In this document: positions 19,166 to 28,978 of the stretch, one piece after another
How positions within the stretch are numbered: the stretch's first letter is position 1
How the letters are laid out: the number at the start of each line of letters is the position of its first letter
Source: Roseateles sp.
GTDB taxonomy: Bacteria; Pseudomonadota; Gammaproteobacteria; Burkholderiales; Burkholderiaceae_C
Length of the DNA: 61,611 nucleotides
Assembly: GCF_031397715.1 (NCBI RefSeq)
Contig: NZ_JANNMI010000199.1
Location: forward strand, 1 to 61,611
Direction: 5' to 3'
Made by a program: the position numbers and the translations under genes
Notes under the pieces: model-generated
Seen by the model: only the letters and a program-made list of their open reading frames with translations
Told to the model about the DNA's origin: nothing
The model's database searches: none

Positions 19166-19864
19166 TTAAATCGGCGAAAGGTTCAAAAAGAAGCGGGAGA
19201 ACCAGCCTATTCCGTGTATGTCGGAGGTGGCGCCGCGGCCCTTTTGCTCGATCCGCACATTGGCCACCGAGGCCGAGGCAATGATATTGCCCTGGGTGAT
19301 CATGTGGGGGTCAACCTGGCCCGAGAAGCGCAGCACATCGACGTTGTGGTTGACACCGATCTGCTTCTCGCCGCTGATCAAGAGGTGGCCATTGGGCAGC
19401 ACGGCGGTCACCACCGCGGTGATGCTGCCGGAGAAGTTGTTGGAGTTCTCGTTGCTGCCCTTGCCGGCGGCCGTGGTGGCCGAATTGCCGGCGGCCGAGG
19501 CGCGCGCAAAGGCATTCGGGCTGACGAAGGGGATGGCCGAAACCGCGGCGCTGAGGGTGCCGCTCTTGTTCAGGGCGCTGGTCGAGCTTTGGCTGGCGCT
19601 GATCTTCTCGACGATCTGCACGATCAAGGTGTCGCCGGCGATGCGTGCGCGGTGATCCTCGAACAGCGGCCGGTAGCTGGCCGCCTGGTAGATGGACCCG
19701 TTGCTGGGGCTGTGTTGCGGCAAGGACGGCAGCGTCACGACCGGGCCCGGCTGCAGCTCGACTTGCGGTTCGCGGTAGAGCGTGCCGCAGCCGGCAAGCG
19801 CCAAGGTCCAGGCCAGCGCGCAGGGCAGCGCGAGCCGCCGCATGAAAGAAAGCTTGTGGGTCAT
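19166..19864 (-). CDS. flgH: Flagellar L-ring lipoprotein FlgH
   Basis: LAGC lipobox; LFEDHRARIAGD; VLPNGHLLISGEKQI. Confidence 0.95.
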   Translation of the reverse strand: MTHKLSFMRRLALPCALAWTLALAGCGTLYREPQVELQPGPVVTLPSLPQHSPSNGSIYQAASYRPLFEDHRARIAGDTLIVQIVEKISASQSSTSALNKSGTLSAAVSAIPFVSPNAFARASAAGNSATTAAGKGSNENSNNFSGSITAVVTAVLPNGHLLISGEKQIGVNHNVDVLRFSGQVDPHMITQGNIIASASVANVRIEQKGRGATSDIHGIGWFSRFFLNLSPI

Positions 19865-19872
19865 GGAAAGCC

Positions 19873-20655
19873 TCAAATCTGGGCGAGTTTTTGCAGCATC
19901 TGGTCCGAGGTCTGAATCGCCTTGGAGTTCATTTCATAGGCGCGCTGGGTCTGAATCATCGCCACCAGTTCTTCCACCACATTGACGTTGGAGGTTTCCA
20001 CATAGCCTTGCTGCAGCATGCCCAGGCCATCGGAGGCCGGTGTGCCGTTCGTCGGGGTGCCGGAGGAGGCGGTTTCGGTGAAGAGGTTTTGGCCCTTGGG
20101 GTCCAGGCCGGCCGGATTGATGAAGTTGGCCAGCTGGACTTGACCCACGGTTTGCGGCGCCGGGTTGCCCGGCAGCGTGACGCTGACCGTGCCGTCATTG
20201 CCGACCGTCACGCTTTGGGCATTGTTCGGGATGGTGATGCCGGGCAGCAGCGTGAGGCCGTTGTTGTTGACGATCTGGCCGGCCGCGCTGAGTTGGAAGG
20301 AGCCGTCGCGGGTGTAGGCGGTGGTGCCGTCCGGCTGCTGAATCTGGAAGAAGCCATTGCCCTTGATGGCGATGTCCAGATTGTTGCTGGTCTGCTGCAG
20401 ATTGCCCTGGGTGTAGATGCGCGCGGTGGCCACCGGGCGCACGCCCAGGCCGACCTGCAGGCCGGTCGGCAACTGGGTTTGCTCGGTGGTGTTGGCCCCG
20501 CTTTGGCGCAGGTTTTGATACATCAGGTCTTCGAAGATGGCGTGCGAGCGCTTGTAGCCATTGGTCGACACATTGGCCAGGTTCTGCGAGATGGTGTCCA
20601 GCTGGGTTTGCTGGGCTTCCATGCCGGTCTTGGCGATATAGAGGGAGCGAATCAT
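19873..20655 (-). CDS. flgG: Flagellar basal-body rod protein FlgG
   Basis: [31 protein letters not shown]; 260 aa. Confidence 0.97.
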   Translation of the reverse strand: MIRSLYIAKTGMEAQQTQLDTISQNLANVSTNGYKRSHAIFEDLMYQNLRQSGANTTEQTQLPTGLQVGLGVRPVATARIYTQGNLQQTSNNLDIAIKGNGFFQIQQPDGTTAYTRDGSFQLSAAGQIVNNNGLTLLPGITIPNNAQSVTVGNDGTVSVTLPGNPAPQTVGQVQLANFINPAGLDPKGQNLFTETASSGTPTNGTPASDGLGMLQQGYVETSNVNVVEELVAMIQTQRAYEMNSKAIQTSDQMLQKLAQI

Positions 20656-20679
20656 GGTGGCTGTCCTTGAAGAACTGCG

Positions 20680-21405
20680 TTAGGTGGAGCCGAGCAATTT
20701 GGCCGACTGCTGGCCCTGCGTCTGGGCAATTTGCAGCAGCTTCATCTGCTGCTCGAACTGGCGGGCGGCGGCAATCATGCCGACCATGGTCTCGACCGGG
20801 CTGACATTGGAGCCCTCCAGCGCACCGTCTTGCACGCGTGCGTCCGCATTGGCGGCTAAGTCGCCTTCGGCGGCTCTGAACAGTCCATCCGGCCCGCGGG
20901 TCAGCGGCGCTTCGGGCGTGACGAGCTTGAGCTTGGCGACCGTGCTGGTTTTGCCTTTGCTGTCTTTGGCGCTGATGGTGCCGTCGCCGCCGATGGCCAG
21001 CTCGGTGTTCTGCGGCACCGTGATCGGGCCGCCGTCACCAATCACCTGCAGGCCATTGCGTGTCACCAGCAGGCCCTCCACATTGACGTCGAGCGAGCCG
21101 GCGCGGGTGTAGGCCTCGGTGCCGTCCAGCCCCTGCACGGCCAGCCAGGCGCTGTCCTTCATGGCCACGTCCAGATTGCGTCCGGTGGCTTGCACCGGCC
21201 CGCCGTTGGGGTTGTAGCCGGTGGTGGTTTCGAGCGCATAGGCACGCGTGCTGGCGCCGTCGCCATTCACCGGCACCGCCCGAAACGCCTGCAACTCGGC
21301 CCGAAAGCCGTTGGTCGAGACATTGGCCAGATTGTTGGCGAGCACGTCTTGGCGCTGCATCGCGGCCTTGGCGCCGGCCATCGAGAGGTAAATCATGCGG
21401 TCCAT
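20680..21405 (-). CDS. flgF: Flagellar basal-body rod protein FlgF
   Basis: [30 protein letters not shown]. Confidence 0.96.
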   Translation of the reverse strand: MDRMIYLSMAGAKAAMQRQDVLANNLANVSTNGFRAELQAFRAVPVNGDGASTRAYALETTTGYNPNGGPVQATGRNLDVAMKDSAWLAVQGLDGTEAYTRAGSLDVNVEGLLVTRNGLQVIGDGGPITVPQNTELAIGGDGTISAKDSKGKTSTVAKLKLVTPEAPLTRGPDGLFRAAEGDLAANADARVQDGALEGSNVSPVETMVGMIAAARQFEQQMKLLQIAQTQGQQSAKLLGST

Positions 21406-21445
21406 GGTGGGCCTCCTTCAGTCCGGCATTGATCTTGCAAATTCA

Positions 21446-22819
21446 TCAACGCAGGTTGACGATGGTTTGCAGAACCTGGTCTTGCGTCTTGATGGTTTGC
21501 GCGCTGGCCTGGTAGGCGCGCTGCGCTGTCACCATATTGACCAGCTCAGCGGTCAGGTCGATATTGGATTCCTCCAGCGCGCCGGACTGGATGCGGCCCA
21601 AGTTGCCGTCCCCTGCGACGCCGACCACCGCCTCACCCGAGGTGAGGGTGCGCGCCCAGCGGTTGCCACCCAAGGGCTGCAAGCCCTGCGGGTTGATGAA
21701 GTTGGCCAGTTCGACCTGTCCGGCGGGCTTGGATTGGCCGTTCGAGTAGCGCGCCGTCACGACGCCGGTTCCCTCGACCACGATGCCGGTCAGCTGCGCC
21801 GGGGCGTAGCCGTTTTGGGTCAGATTCGTGACACCAAAGCTGGAGCCGTTTTCGCTCGCCCCCAATACATTCAGTGAGACTCCGAGGATCTCCAGGCTTG
21901 AGCCTGTCAGTGTAGAAGTGGCTGGAATTTGCATCGCCAGTTCCGCCGTGGGTGAGATGGGCTTGCCGCCCTTGGGGTCAAACTCAAGCGTGGTGTACGG
22001 CGAAATCATCCGGGCCACGGCCGGCGGAATGGCGGCCGGATCGGCCGGCGTCGTGAGGGTGGGATTGCCGGCTGAATCTTTGGTGAAGAACTCCCCGTTG
22101 GCGGTCGCGAAGACATTCCATTTGGTGGTTTCCAAGGGGTCTACGGTGGCGGTCGGTGGGTCGGCCAAGGGGCCGCTCTCAGGCTGAACTTTTTGGAAGT
22201 AAAAGGTCACCGCGACGTTTTGTCCCTTGGCGTCAAAGGCGGTCAGCGAGGTGGCGTTGTTATAGGTCTTGGCGTCTTTCAGGTTGATGCCGGGATCCAC
22301 CGTCTTGCCGGTATAGATGGCGCGCGAGTCAAGATTGAACTCCATCTTCACTTCGGAGGTTGGCTTTGGCGCAATGCCGGCGGTTGGCAGGCGCAAGGTT
22401 TGCGCCAAACCGGGTTGAATCACGCCGGTGGCGTCGGCCGGGTAGCCCAGCAATTTGAAGCCTTCGCCGTTGACAATGAAGCCCTCTTGGCTGACCTTGA
22501 ATTGCCCATTGCGTGAGTAAGACACGGGACTCTTGCCGTCGCCCACCTGGAAGAAACCACCGCCATTGATGGCCAGATCCATCGGGTTGTCGGTGGCGGT
22601 GATGTTGCCCTGCGTGAACTGTTGGGAGACCGTGCCCAGCGCCACGCCGATGCCGATGGGGCTGCCCCCGGCGCCGCTGAGCGCACCGGCATAGACCTCC
22701 TTGAATTCCGCCCGCGAGGACTTGGCGCCATAGGTGCCCGCGTTGGCGATATTGTTGCCAATCACATCAAGATTCTTGGCGGCGGCATTGAGGCCGGATA
22801 GACCTTGTTGAAAGCTCAT
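21446..22819 (-). CDS. flgE: Flagellar hook protein FlgE
   Basis: MSFQQGLSGLNAAAKNLDVIGNNIAN; LEESNIDLTAELVNMVTAQRAYQA. Confidence 0.96.
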   Translation of the reverse strand: MSFQQGLSGLNAAAKNLDVIGNNIANAGTYGAKSSRAEFKEVYAGALSGAGGSPIGIGVALGTVSQQFTQGNITATDNPMDLAINGGGFFQVGDGKSPVSYSRNGQFKVSQEGFIVNGEGFKLLGYPADATGVIQPGLAQTLRLPTAGIAPKPTSEVKMEFNLDSRAIYTGKTVDPGINLKDAKTYNNATSLTAFDAKGQNVAVTFYFQKVQPESGPLADPPTATVDPLETTKWNVFATANGEFFTKDSAGNPTLTTPADPAAIPPAVARMISPYTTLEFDPKGGKPISPTAELAMQIPATSTLTGSSLEILGVSLNVLGASENGSSFGVTNLTQNGYAPAQLTGIVVEGTGVVTARYSNGQSKPAGQVELANFINPQGLQPLGGNRWARTLTSGEAVVGVAGDGNLGRIQSGALEESNIDLTAELVNMVTAQRAYQASAQTIKTQDQVLQTIVNLR

Positions 22820-22855
22820 GATGGTGCCTTGTTCTGGGGTGCGTTGGGAGTGAGA

Positions 22856-23509
22856 TCAGTCGATCGTCTTGATGCTGGCGTAGTCGACCAGGCCGGCGTT
22901 TTGCAACTGCAGTTGCAGCTTTGATCCGCTGGTGTTGACGGCCAGCACCTTGTCCAGGCTGTAGGGCACGTTCGCGACTGCGGCGGCGCCGTTGCTGGCG
23001 GTGATGCGGAAGTTGTAGCTGGCAGCCGGGTCGTTCTTGTCGGCCGCCCACTCGAAGTTGTGTCGGCCAGAGCCCTGTGCGCCAAGCTGAACCGTGTCGA
23101 CCACAGTGCCGGCCGGGCTGAGCACTTCGAGCTTGACGGCATCGGCCGGTGCGCCGAGCTCGAACACCCCTTTGCCGTTGCCTTGGTCCATCTGCAGGCG
23201 ATTGCCCTCCACCGTGACATCCCGTCCAACCAGAGAAACGCTTTGCAGCGCCTGCATCTGGACAAATTGCGAGGACAAGGCCTTGATGCTGGTGTCCAGG
23301 GTGCTGACACCGGTGACCGTCTGAATCTGCGCCATCTGGCTGGTGACCTGCGCGTTGTCCATCGGGTTCATCGGGTCTTGATTCTTCATTTGAGCGATCA
23401 GCAGCTTCATGAACCGATCCTGCGTGTCGGCGGCATTTTTGCTGCCTTGGGATGCCAGCGTAGCGGTCGCTGAAGTGCCTGAGGTGTTGGTGACTGCGGC
23501 TGTGGCCAT
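22856..23509 (-). CDS. flgD: Flagellar hook capping protein FlgD
   Basis: FMKLLIAQMKNQDPMNPMDN. Confidence 0.95.
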   Translation of the reverse strand: MATAAVTNTSGTSATATLASQGSKNAADTQDRFMKLLIAQMKNQDPMNPMDNAQVTSQMAQIQTVTGVSTLDTSIKALSSQFVQMQALQSVSLVGRDVTVEGNRLQMDQGNGKGVFELGAPADAVKLEVLSPAGTVVDTVQLGAQGSGRHNFEWAADKNDPAASYNFRITASNGAAAVANVPYSLDKVLAVNTSGSKLQLQLQNAGLVDYASIKTID

Positions 23510-23531
23510 GATGAGCTTTCTGTGTCAGTCC

Positions 23532-23948
23532 TCAGGACTGACCAAGTTGCAGGGTTTTGAGCAGCAGGCTTTTTGCCGTGCTCATCACTTCGATATTGTT
23601 TTGATAGGAGCGTGAGGCCGAAATCATGTTGACCATTTCCTCGACCGTGTTGACATTGCTATAGGTCACATAGCCCTCGGCATCGGCTTTTGGGTGCTTG
23701 GGGTCATGGACACGGCGCCCCGGTGTCTGGTCTTCGCTGATGGTGCTGACGCGCACACCGGCACTGGCGGGGTCGTTGCCGGCACCGACCAAGGCGGTCT
23801 GAAACACCACCTGGCGCGCTTTGTAGGCCTGGCCGTCGGGCCCGGCCACGGTCTCGGCATTGGCCAGATTGCTGGCCACCACATTGAGGCGCTGGCTTTG
23901 CGCGCTGACCGCGCTGCCGGCGACATTGAAGATCTGGAACATTGACAT
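23532..23948 (-). CDS. flgC: Flagellar basal-body rod protein FlgC
   Basis: RLNVVASNLANA; VEEMVNMISASRSYQ. Confidence 0.96.
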   Translation of the reverse strand: MSMFQIFNVAGSAVSAQSQRLNVVASNLANAETVAGPDGQAYKARQVVFQTALVGAGNDPASAGVRVSTISEDQTPGRRVHDPKHPKADAEGYVTYSNVNTVEEMVNMISASRSYQNNIEVMSTAKSLLLKTLQLGQS

Positions 23949-23982
23949 GAGGGACTCCTGTTCTCAAGCTGATTCGCTGGCG

Positions 23983-24396
23983 TCAGGCTGAGTTATGCGA
24001 CTTCATCGCATCCAGCGTCGTGCGCACCGAACCGCTGATGAAGCGCAGCGTCGCCTCGTACTTGACCGAGTTGTCGGCGAAGCTGGCGCGCTCGCGGTCC
24101 ATGTCCACGGTGTTGCTATCAAGATTGGTTTGCGCCGCCATGGAAAATTGCTTCTGGCTTTCGCTGCGTGCGCCGGCCGGCGGCGCGATGTGGCCACTTT
24201 GGGTGGTTCTGAGGGCGCCGGCCTGTGCGTTGTCGGAGCTGGCCTCACGCAGGGCGCGGGCGAAGTCCATATCCTTGGCTTGGAAACCCGGCGTGTCGGC
24301 ATTGGCAATATTGCTGGCCAGCAGGCGCTGCCGCTCCGACCGCAGCGTCAGGGCCTGGGTCTGGAAATTCAAAGCATCGGTCAGTCGGTTCAGCAT
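23983..24396 (-). CDS. flgB: Flagellar basal-body rod protein FlgB
   Basis: RQRLLASNIANADTPGF; DSNTVDMDRE. Confidence 0.96.
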   Translation of the reverse strand: MLNRLTDALNFQTQALTLRSERQRLLASNIANADTPGFQAKDMDFARALREASSDNAQAGALRTTQSGHIAPPAGARSESQKQFSMAAQTNLDSNTVDMDRERASFADNSVKYEATLRFISGSVRTTLDAMKSHNSA

Positions 24397-24604
24397 GATG
24401 GGTACCTCGGGGTCGCGGCCGACTCAAACATCAAGAGCGGCGGTCAATTCCTTGCTGGCTGACGAAGGTCGGGCGAGAGGCGAGGGAATCGGCGATGTGA
24501 GCCAATTGTGTTGGTGGCTTGCAGAAAACATTAGCGGGATAAGCAATGGCTTTGCTGCGCATTTCGCAGCAAGGCAAATCGGAGCCTGGGACTAAAGTTC
24601 AGCC

Positions 24605-25345
24605 ATGTTCCAGATTCGCCCACCCTCCCTGAAAAGCGCGCGCCGACTGGCCAGCCTTATGGGGCTGGGTGTGGCTTGCTTGAGTGGCATTGCGCTGGCT
24701 CAGGACGAGAGCATGCTGAATGCCGAGTTGACTTTGCAGGTGCAACAAGTAGCCCAAGCAGGCGCCCGGGTCGGCACGCCGGCGCAGGCCCGCGTTGAAG
24801 TGCAAATTGGCCGCCTTGATCCCAGGCTCAAGCTCGCTCCCTGCAAGCAGGTGCAACCTTACCTGCCGCCCGGCTTGCAAATGTGGGGTCGCAGCCGGAT
24901 TGGACTGCGTTGTCTTGACGGCCTGGTGCGCTGGAACGTCAGCTTGCCGGTGACGGTCAAGGTCTATGCCCGCGCCTTGGTCGCTGCGGACGCTTTGCCC
25001 GCCGGGACGGTGCTGACTCAAGCTCTGCTCAGCACAGCCGAAATAGATATAGCGGCGCAAGCGGGTGCGGTATTCTCGGACGCCGGAGGGTTGGTCGGAC
25101 GCACGCTCAGCCGCCCCTTGGCGGCCGGGGAAGCCGTGCGAAGCCAGAATTTGAAGGTGCGGCAATGGTTCGCCGCTGGTGAAACCGTGATGGTCCGGGC
25201 CGTAGGCTCGGGCTATTCGGTGGCCAGGGAAGGCCAAGCATTGACGGCGGGACTGGAGGGGCAAAGCGTCAAGGTCCGGTTTGAGAATGGCCGGGTGATT
25301 TCTGGCCGGGCGGTGGGTGACAGGCATGTGGAGATGCTGCTATGA
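24605..25345 (+). CDS. flgA: Flagellar P-ring formation chaperone FlgA
   Basis: Signal peptide; LDPRLKLAPC; divergent from flgB. Confidence 0.9.
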   Translation: MFQIRPPSLKSARRLASLMGLGVACLSGIALAQDESMLNAELTLQVQQVAQAGARVGTPAQARVEVQIGRLDPRLKLAPCKQVQPYLPPGLQMWGRSRIGLRCLDGLVRWNVSLPVTVKVYARALVAADALPAGTVLTQALLSTAEIDIAAQAGAVFSDAGGLVGRTLSRPLAAGEAVRSQNLKVRQWFAAGETVMVRAVGSGYSVAREGQALTAGLEGQSVKVRFENGRVISGRAVGDRHVEMLL

Positions 25346-25439
25346 ATGCAACCAAGCTCTCGTTGTCGCCCGCGCACAAGCAGTCTCGTCGGCGCGGCTC
25401 GGTCGCCACGACGCCGGGGAGATTTTTTGTCAAATGTTC

Positions 25440-25466
25440 TAAAGTTTTCTCGTTGCCTGTCGATAC
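25440..25466 (+). promoter_or_regulatory. Sigma-28 promoter of flgM
   Basis: TAAAGTTT-N11-GTCGATAC ~95 bp upstream of the flgM ATG. Confidence 0.8.
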
Positions 25467-25559
25467 ACCGAAAAAGCCGCTCTGTTTTGAGAGAACGTCG
25501 AGCGGGTTTGAGCAAAACCTGGAAAGATTTGGGCTAGCCTCAAGTCTATGGAGAACAGC

Positions 25560-25889
25560 ATGAAGATCGGTAACAGTCCTGAAGTCGCGTCGGCCCCAGT
25601 GGGGCTAGACAAACCCGCAGCGGCCCAAACGGGACGCGCGCCAGCCAATGGCACGAGCACGCCGGTCGGGGGCAAGAAGCCGCCAGAAGCCAGTGCCAAG
25701 CTGGAGTTGTCGACCAACGCCACCCAGCTGCTGCAAGGCGTGCCCGACGACGGCAGCTTTGACGCCGCCAAGGTCAGCCGTATTTCCCAGGCCATTACGG
25801 ACGGCAAGTTCACCGTCAATGCCAATGTGATCGCGGAAAAGCTGATTGCCAACGCGCAGGAAATGCTCGGTCGAATGACGCCGCACTGA
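25560..25889 (+). CDS. flgM: Anti-sigma-28 factor FlgM
   Basis: FDAAKVSRISQAITDGKFTVNANVIAEKLI C-terminal motif; follows flgA. Confidence 0.92.
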   Translation: MKIGNSPEVASAPVGLDKPAAAQTGRAPANGTSTPVGGKKPPEASAKLELSTNATQLLQGVPDDGSFDAAKVSRISQAITDGKFTVNANVIAEKLIANAQEMLGRMTPH

Positions 25890-25984
25890 GTTGCGGATGT
25901 GGTCAGCGCTTGGCCAAAGCTTAGCCAAAACGAAGGCCTATTTTCTCCTGTACCTGAACGCTTAAACCGCGTTCTCAACGCCTT

Positions 25985-26401
25985 ATGGCGGGGACTGTCA
26001 TGCAAGCTTTGCCCACCTCAGATCCAAATGCCGCGGCGGTCAGCCAGCAGCTTGAACAGCCCTTGCTGGAGGTGGAGAGCTGCCTGAATTTGCTGGGCGA
26101 CGCCCTGCTGCGCCGCGACACCGGCGCGATCGAGCAATATGCCGGCAAGCTGCACCAAGCCCTGGCGCAGGCCATCTCGCGTTTCAGTGACGCAGCCCGC
26201 AGCGGCGCCGTGCCCCCCAATTTACGGCACCGCCTGGCGCTGGCCGGTGGCCGTGTGGCGGCCCAGCGCGAGTCCCTCGCCAGGGCTACCGCCGCCCTAG
26301 ACCGGGCCATTGATGTGTTGATGCCGGGGGAAAATACGGGTCTGTATTCGGCCTCCGGCAAGAATGAGCGCAAGGCCTTGGGCGGGTCGATTCAAGCCTG
26401 A
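25985..26401 (+). CDS. Helical protein in the FlgN position (FlgN-like export chaperone)
   Basis: Follows flgM; Ala/Leu-rich helices; C-terminal GLYSASG like the FlgN Y-x-x-x-G tail; divergent otherwise. Confidence 0.55.
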   Translation: MAGTVMQALPTSDPNAAAVSQQLEQPLLEVESCLNLLGDALLRRDTGAIEQYAGKLHQALAQAISRFSDAARSGAVPPNLRHRLALAGGRVAAQRESLARATAALDRAIDVLMPGENTGLYSASGKNERKALGGSIQA

Positions 26402-26423
26402 GCCCGCGACATGCCCCTTGCTC

Positions 26424-26454
26424 AAAAAGCCACGCTAGCGATGCGTGGCTTTTT
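26424..26454. terminator. Bidirectional intrinsic terminator
   Basis: AAAAAGCCACGC-7 nt-GCGTGGCTTTTT between convergent genes, overlapping the DUF1841 stop. Confidence 0.8.
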
Positions 26455-26869
26455 TGCTGACGCAGTCGAGATAGCGGTGACCATCGGGCGGCAAGCCGCT
26501 GCGCTGTGACGCCCAGATCATTTCACCCAGGCAATCCATGGCGACATGCTGGGCCTCATGCAGCGAATTGCGTTTGGCCGCCAGCAAGTCGATGGCTTGG
26601 CGAATGCCGTGAGGTTGATCGATCGATTGCTGTTCGCTGATGGTGAGGTGCATGGACAGATGTAAAAACGGATTGGCGCGGCCGTCTTCCACGCTGTAGA
26701 CGGCGGCCAGCGCGGCGGCCTCGTCCGTCAGCTCGGCGTGATACTCCGGATGCTGTTCAATCCAATCGGCAGCAATCACCTCCATTGGGATCAGCGGCTG
26801 CTTGTCGCGCAGCTTGCGATAGGTGGCGCAAAAAAAGCGCCGTACGTCGAGTTGTGAGGGTGCAAACAT
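26435..26869 (-). CDS. DUF1841 family protein
   Basis: MFAPSQLDVRRFF, HPEYH, NPFLHLSMHL. Confidence 0.82.
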   Translation of the reverse strand: MFAPSQLDVRRFFCATYRKLRDKQPLIPMEVIAADWIEQHPEYHAELTDEAAALAAVYSVEDGRANPFLHLSMHLTISEQQSIDQPHGIRQAIDLLAAKRNSLHEAQHVAMDCLGEMIWASQRSGLPPDGHRYLDCVSKKATHR

Positions 26870-26969
26870 GGCTTGATTGTCGCAGTGCCGGCCGCCTAGC
26901 GTGGCCGGCCTGGCCGTTGGGCCGCTACCATTGGCGGCCGTAGTGAAAATATCCAAGTGAGGAGCTGTC

Positions 26970-27620
26970 ATGCCTGTGATCCTGATCGCCAATCCCAAGG
27001 GCGGGGTGGGCAAAAGCACGCTCGCGACCAATACCGCCGGCTATCTGGCCCGGCGCGGCCATGCGGTGATGTTGGGCGATGTGGATAAGCAGCAGTCGGC
27101 GCGCCGCTGGCTGAGCTTGCGTACGGCCGAGCTGCCCTTGATCCGGGGCTGGGAGCTGGACGCCGAGCAACAAACCGTCAAGCCGCCCAAGGGCGTCAGC
27201 CATGTGGTGATGGACAGCCCGGCCGGCCTCAGCGGCAAGAAATTGCGTGCGCTTTACAAATTGGCGGACAAGATTCTGATCCCGCTGCAGCCAAGTTTGT
27301 TTGACATCCAGGCGACCTTTGACTTTGTGCAGAAGCTGCAGGAGTTGCGCGCCGAAAATGAGGGTCGCGGCGCCGGCAAGGCCCCGCAGCTGGCCATCGT
27401 CGGCATGCGGGCCAAGGAGGGCACCCTGTCGGTGCAGCAGCTGCAGGACTTTCTGCCCGAGTTGGCAGTGCCGGTTTTGGGCCTGCTGCGTGACACGCAA
27501 AACTATGTGCAGCTGGCGGCGCGCGGCATGACGCTGTGGGATGTGGCGCCGAGTCGGGTCGAGCGCGATCTGGCTCAATGGCTGCCCGTCACCGCTTGGC
27601 TAGAGGCTGCCAATGCGTGA
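26970..27620 (+). CDS. Orphan ParA-family ATPase
   Basis: Deviant Walker A ANPKGGVGKST; DVDKQQS; MDSPAG. Confidence 0.87.
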   Translation: MPVILIANPKGGVGKSTLATNTAGYLARRGHAVMLGDVDKQQSARRWLSLRTAELPLIRGWELDAEQQTVKPPKGVSHVVMDSPAGLSGKKLRALYKLADKILIPLQPSLFDIQATFDFVQKLQELRAENEGRGAGKAPQLAIVGMRAKEGTLSVQQLQDFLPELAVPVLGLLRDTQNYVQLAARGMTLWDVAPSRVERDLAQWLPVTAWLEAANA

Positions 27621-28065
27621 GTTTGAGCGACTGCTGGAGTTGACCGATCTGGTGGGTCAAGAGATCGGCTGCAGTGAGTGGATTCTGGTGGACCAGGCTC
27701 GCATTCAGCGCTTTGCCGATGCCAGTGATGACCAGCAATGGATACACACCGATCCGCAGCGAGCGGCCGCCGGCCCGTTTGGCACCTGCATCGCCCATGG
27801 GTTTTTGACGCTCAGCCTGATCCCGCGCTTCTTTGAAACCGCCTTCATGGTGCGCGAGAGCCGTCTGGGCCTGAACTACGGCCTCAACCGCGTGCGTTTT
27901 CCGGCGCCGGTGCCGGTGGACAGCCGGCTGCGCGGTCGCTTCAAGCTGCTTAAATGCGAGCCCGTCGACGGCGGCGTGCAGCTGTGCATCGAGGTCAGCG
28001 TCGAGCGTGAGGGCGCGGCCAAACCGGTCTGCGTCGCGGAATCGCTGACTCGGCAGTTTCGCTAG
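27613..28065 (+). CDS. MaoC-family dehydratase
   Basis: FADASDDQQWIHTD, IAHGFLTLSL, NYGLNRVRF. Confidence 0.9.
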   Translation: MREFERLLELTDLVGQEIGCSEWILVDQARIQRFADASDDQQWIHTDPQRAAAGPFGTCIAHGFLTLSLIPRFFETAFMVRESRLGLNYGLNRVRFPAPVPVDSRLRGRFKLLKCEPVDGGVQLCIEVSVEREGAAKPVCVAESLTRQFR

Positions 28066-28118
28066 CCCTATCATTTGCGCCATATGAAGTTAAAAGTACA
28101 TCGCCAAAGGGGGCGCCC

Positions 28119-28862
28119 ATGAAAGTCTTGCTCATCGATGATCATCCGCTGATCTTGTCGGCATTGAAGACCGTCATTGAAGGCTTGGACGACAGCGTCG
28201 AGGTGATCGGCGTTGACAGCGCCGCGGCCGCGCGCCTGGAACTGGGCAAGCATGCCGACTTTGATCTGGTGCTGCTTGATTTGCAGCTCGGCGACGCCAG
28301 TGGTTTTGATGTGCTGGATGAGTTCCGCGGCGCCTATCCAGCTTTGCCGGTGGTGGTGATCTCGGCCTCCGACCGCGCCAGCGATGTGATTCGCGCGATC
28401 GACCAGGGCGCGATGGGGTTTGTGCCCAAACGTGCCGGCACCGAATTGCTGTCGCAGGCGCTGAAGCTGGTGATGGCCGGAGGCATCTACGTGCCGCCGA
28501 TGAATTTGGGCGCGCCGGAAAGCCCAAGTTTGAGCGGCAAGGCCTCGACCAAGCAGGCCAAGCTGGTGCAGATCCAGCAGCAGGCGATGGCGTCCAATTA
28601 CCAGGTGTCCACGGGGCTGGAAAGTCTGGCCTTGACGCCGCGCCAAACCGATGTGTTGGCCCTGCTCTTGCAAGGCAAGCCGAACAAGATCATTGCGCGT
28701 GAACTGGGCATCACGGTGGAGACGGTCAAGGACCATGTGGCCGCCGTGCTGAAGGCGCTCGGCGTGGGCTCTCGAACCCAGGCGGTCTTGGCGGTCGGCC
28801 AGATGGTGCAGCACCAGCCGGAAACGATGTTCTCAACCTGGCGCGGCGCCCCTACCAGCTGA
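28119..28862 (+). CDS. NarL/LuxR-family response regulator
   Basis: VLLIDDHPL receiver; LTPRQTDVLALLLQGKPNKIIARELGITVETVKDHV HTH. Confidence 0.92.
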   Translation: MKVLLIDDHPLILSALKTVIEGLDDSVEVIGVDSAAAARLELGKHADFDLVLLDLQLGDASGFDVLDEFRGAYPALPVVVISASDRASDVIRAIDQGAMGFVPKRAGTELLSQALKLVMAGGIYVPPMNLGAPESPSLSGKASTKQAKLVQIQQQAMASNYQVSTGLESLALTPRQTDVLALLLQGKPNKIIARELGITVETVKDHVAAVLKALGVGSRTQAVLAVGQMVQHQPETMFSTWRGAPTS

Positions 28863-28864
28863 AT

Positions 28865-28968
28865 TGGGACTTACGCAAAACCGCCCCAGCGTCGTTATGA
28901 CGCCTTGCCGTACAAGGCGTACTGTCTGCGGCGTCATGCCTAGCTGGAACAATTTTGCGTAAGTCCTA
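28865..28968. mobile_element. MITE (104 bp) with terminal inverted repeats and 5-bp target-site duplication
   Basis: GGACTTACGCAAAA (28867-28880) / TTTTGCGTAAGTCC (28953-28966); TGAAT directly before (28860-28864) and after (28969-28973). Confidence 0.8.
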
Positions 28969-28978
28969 TGAATGAAGT

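Noticed and set aside
24530-24575. FlhDC binding site in the flgB/flgA intergenic region
   Set aside because: Half-site-like sequences and a TTGCTGCG/CGCAGCAA repeat are present, but the spacing is shorter than known sites; plausible but not supportable as a call
24593-24620. Sigma-28 promoter upstream of flgA (TAAAGTTC)
   Set aside because: No GCCGATAA-like -10 at 11 bp, and the motif abuts the start codon
28101-28116. ANTAR-type hexaloop hairpin (CGCC-AAAGGG-GGCG) over the LuxR regulator RBS
   Set aside because: ANTAR targets need two hairpins and no convincing upstream partner hairpin is visible
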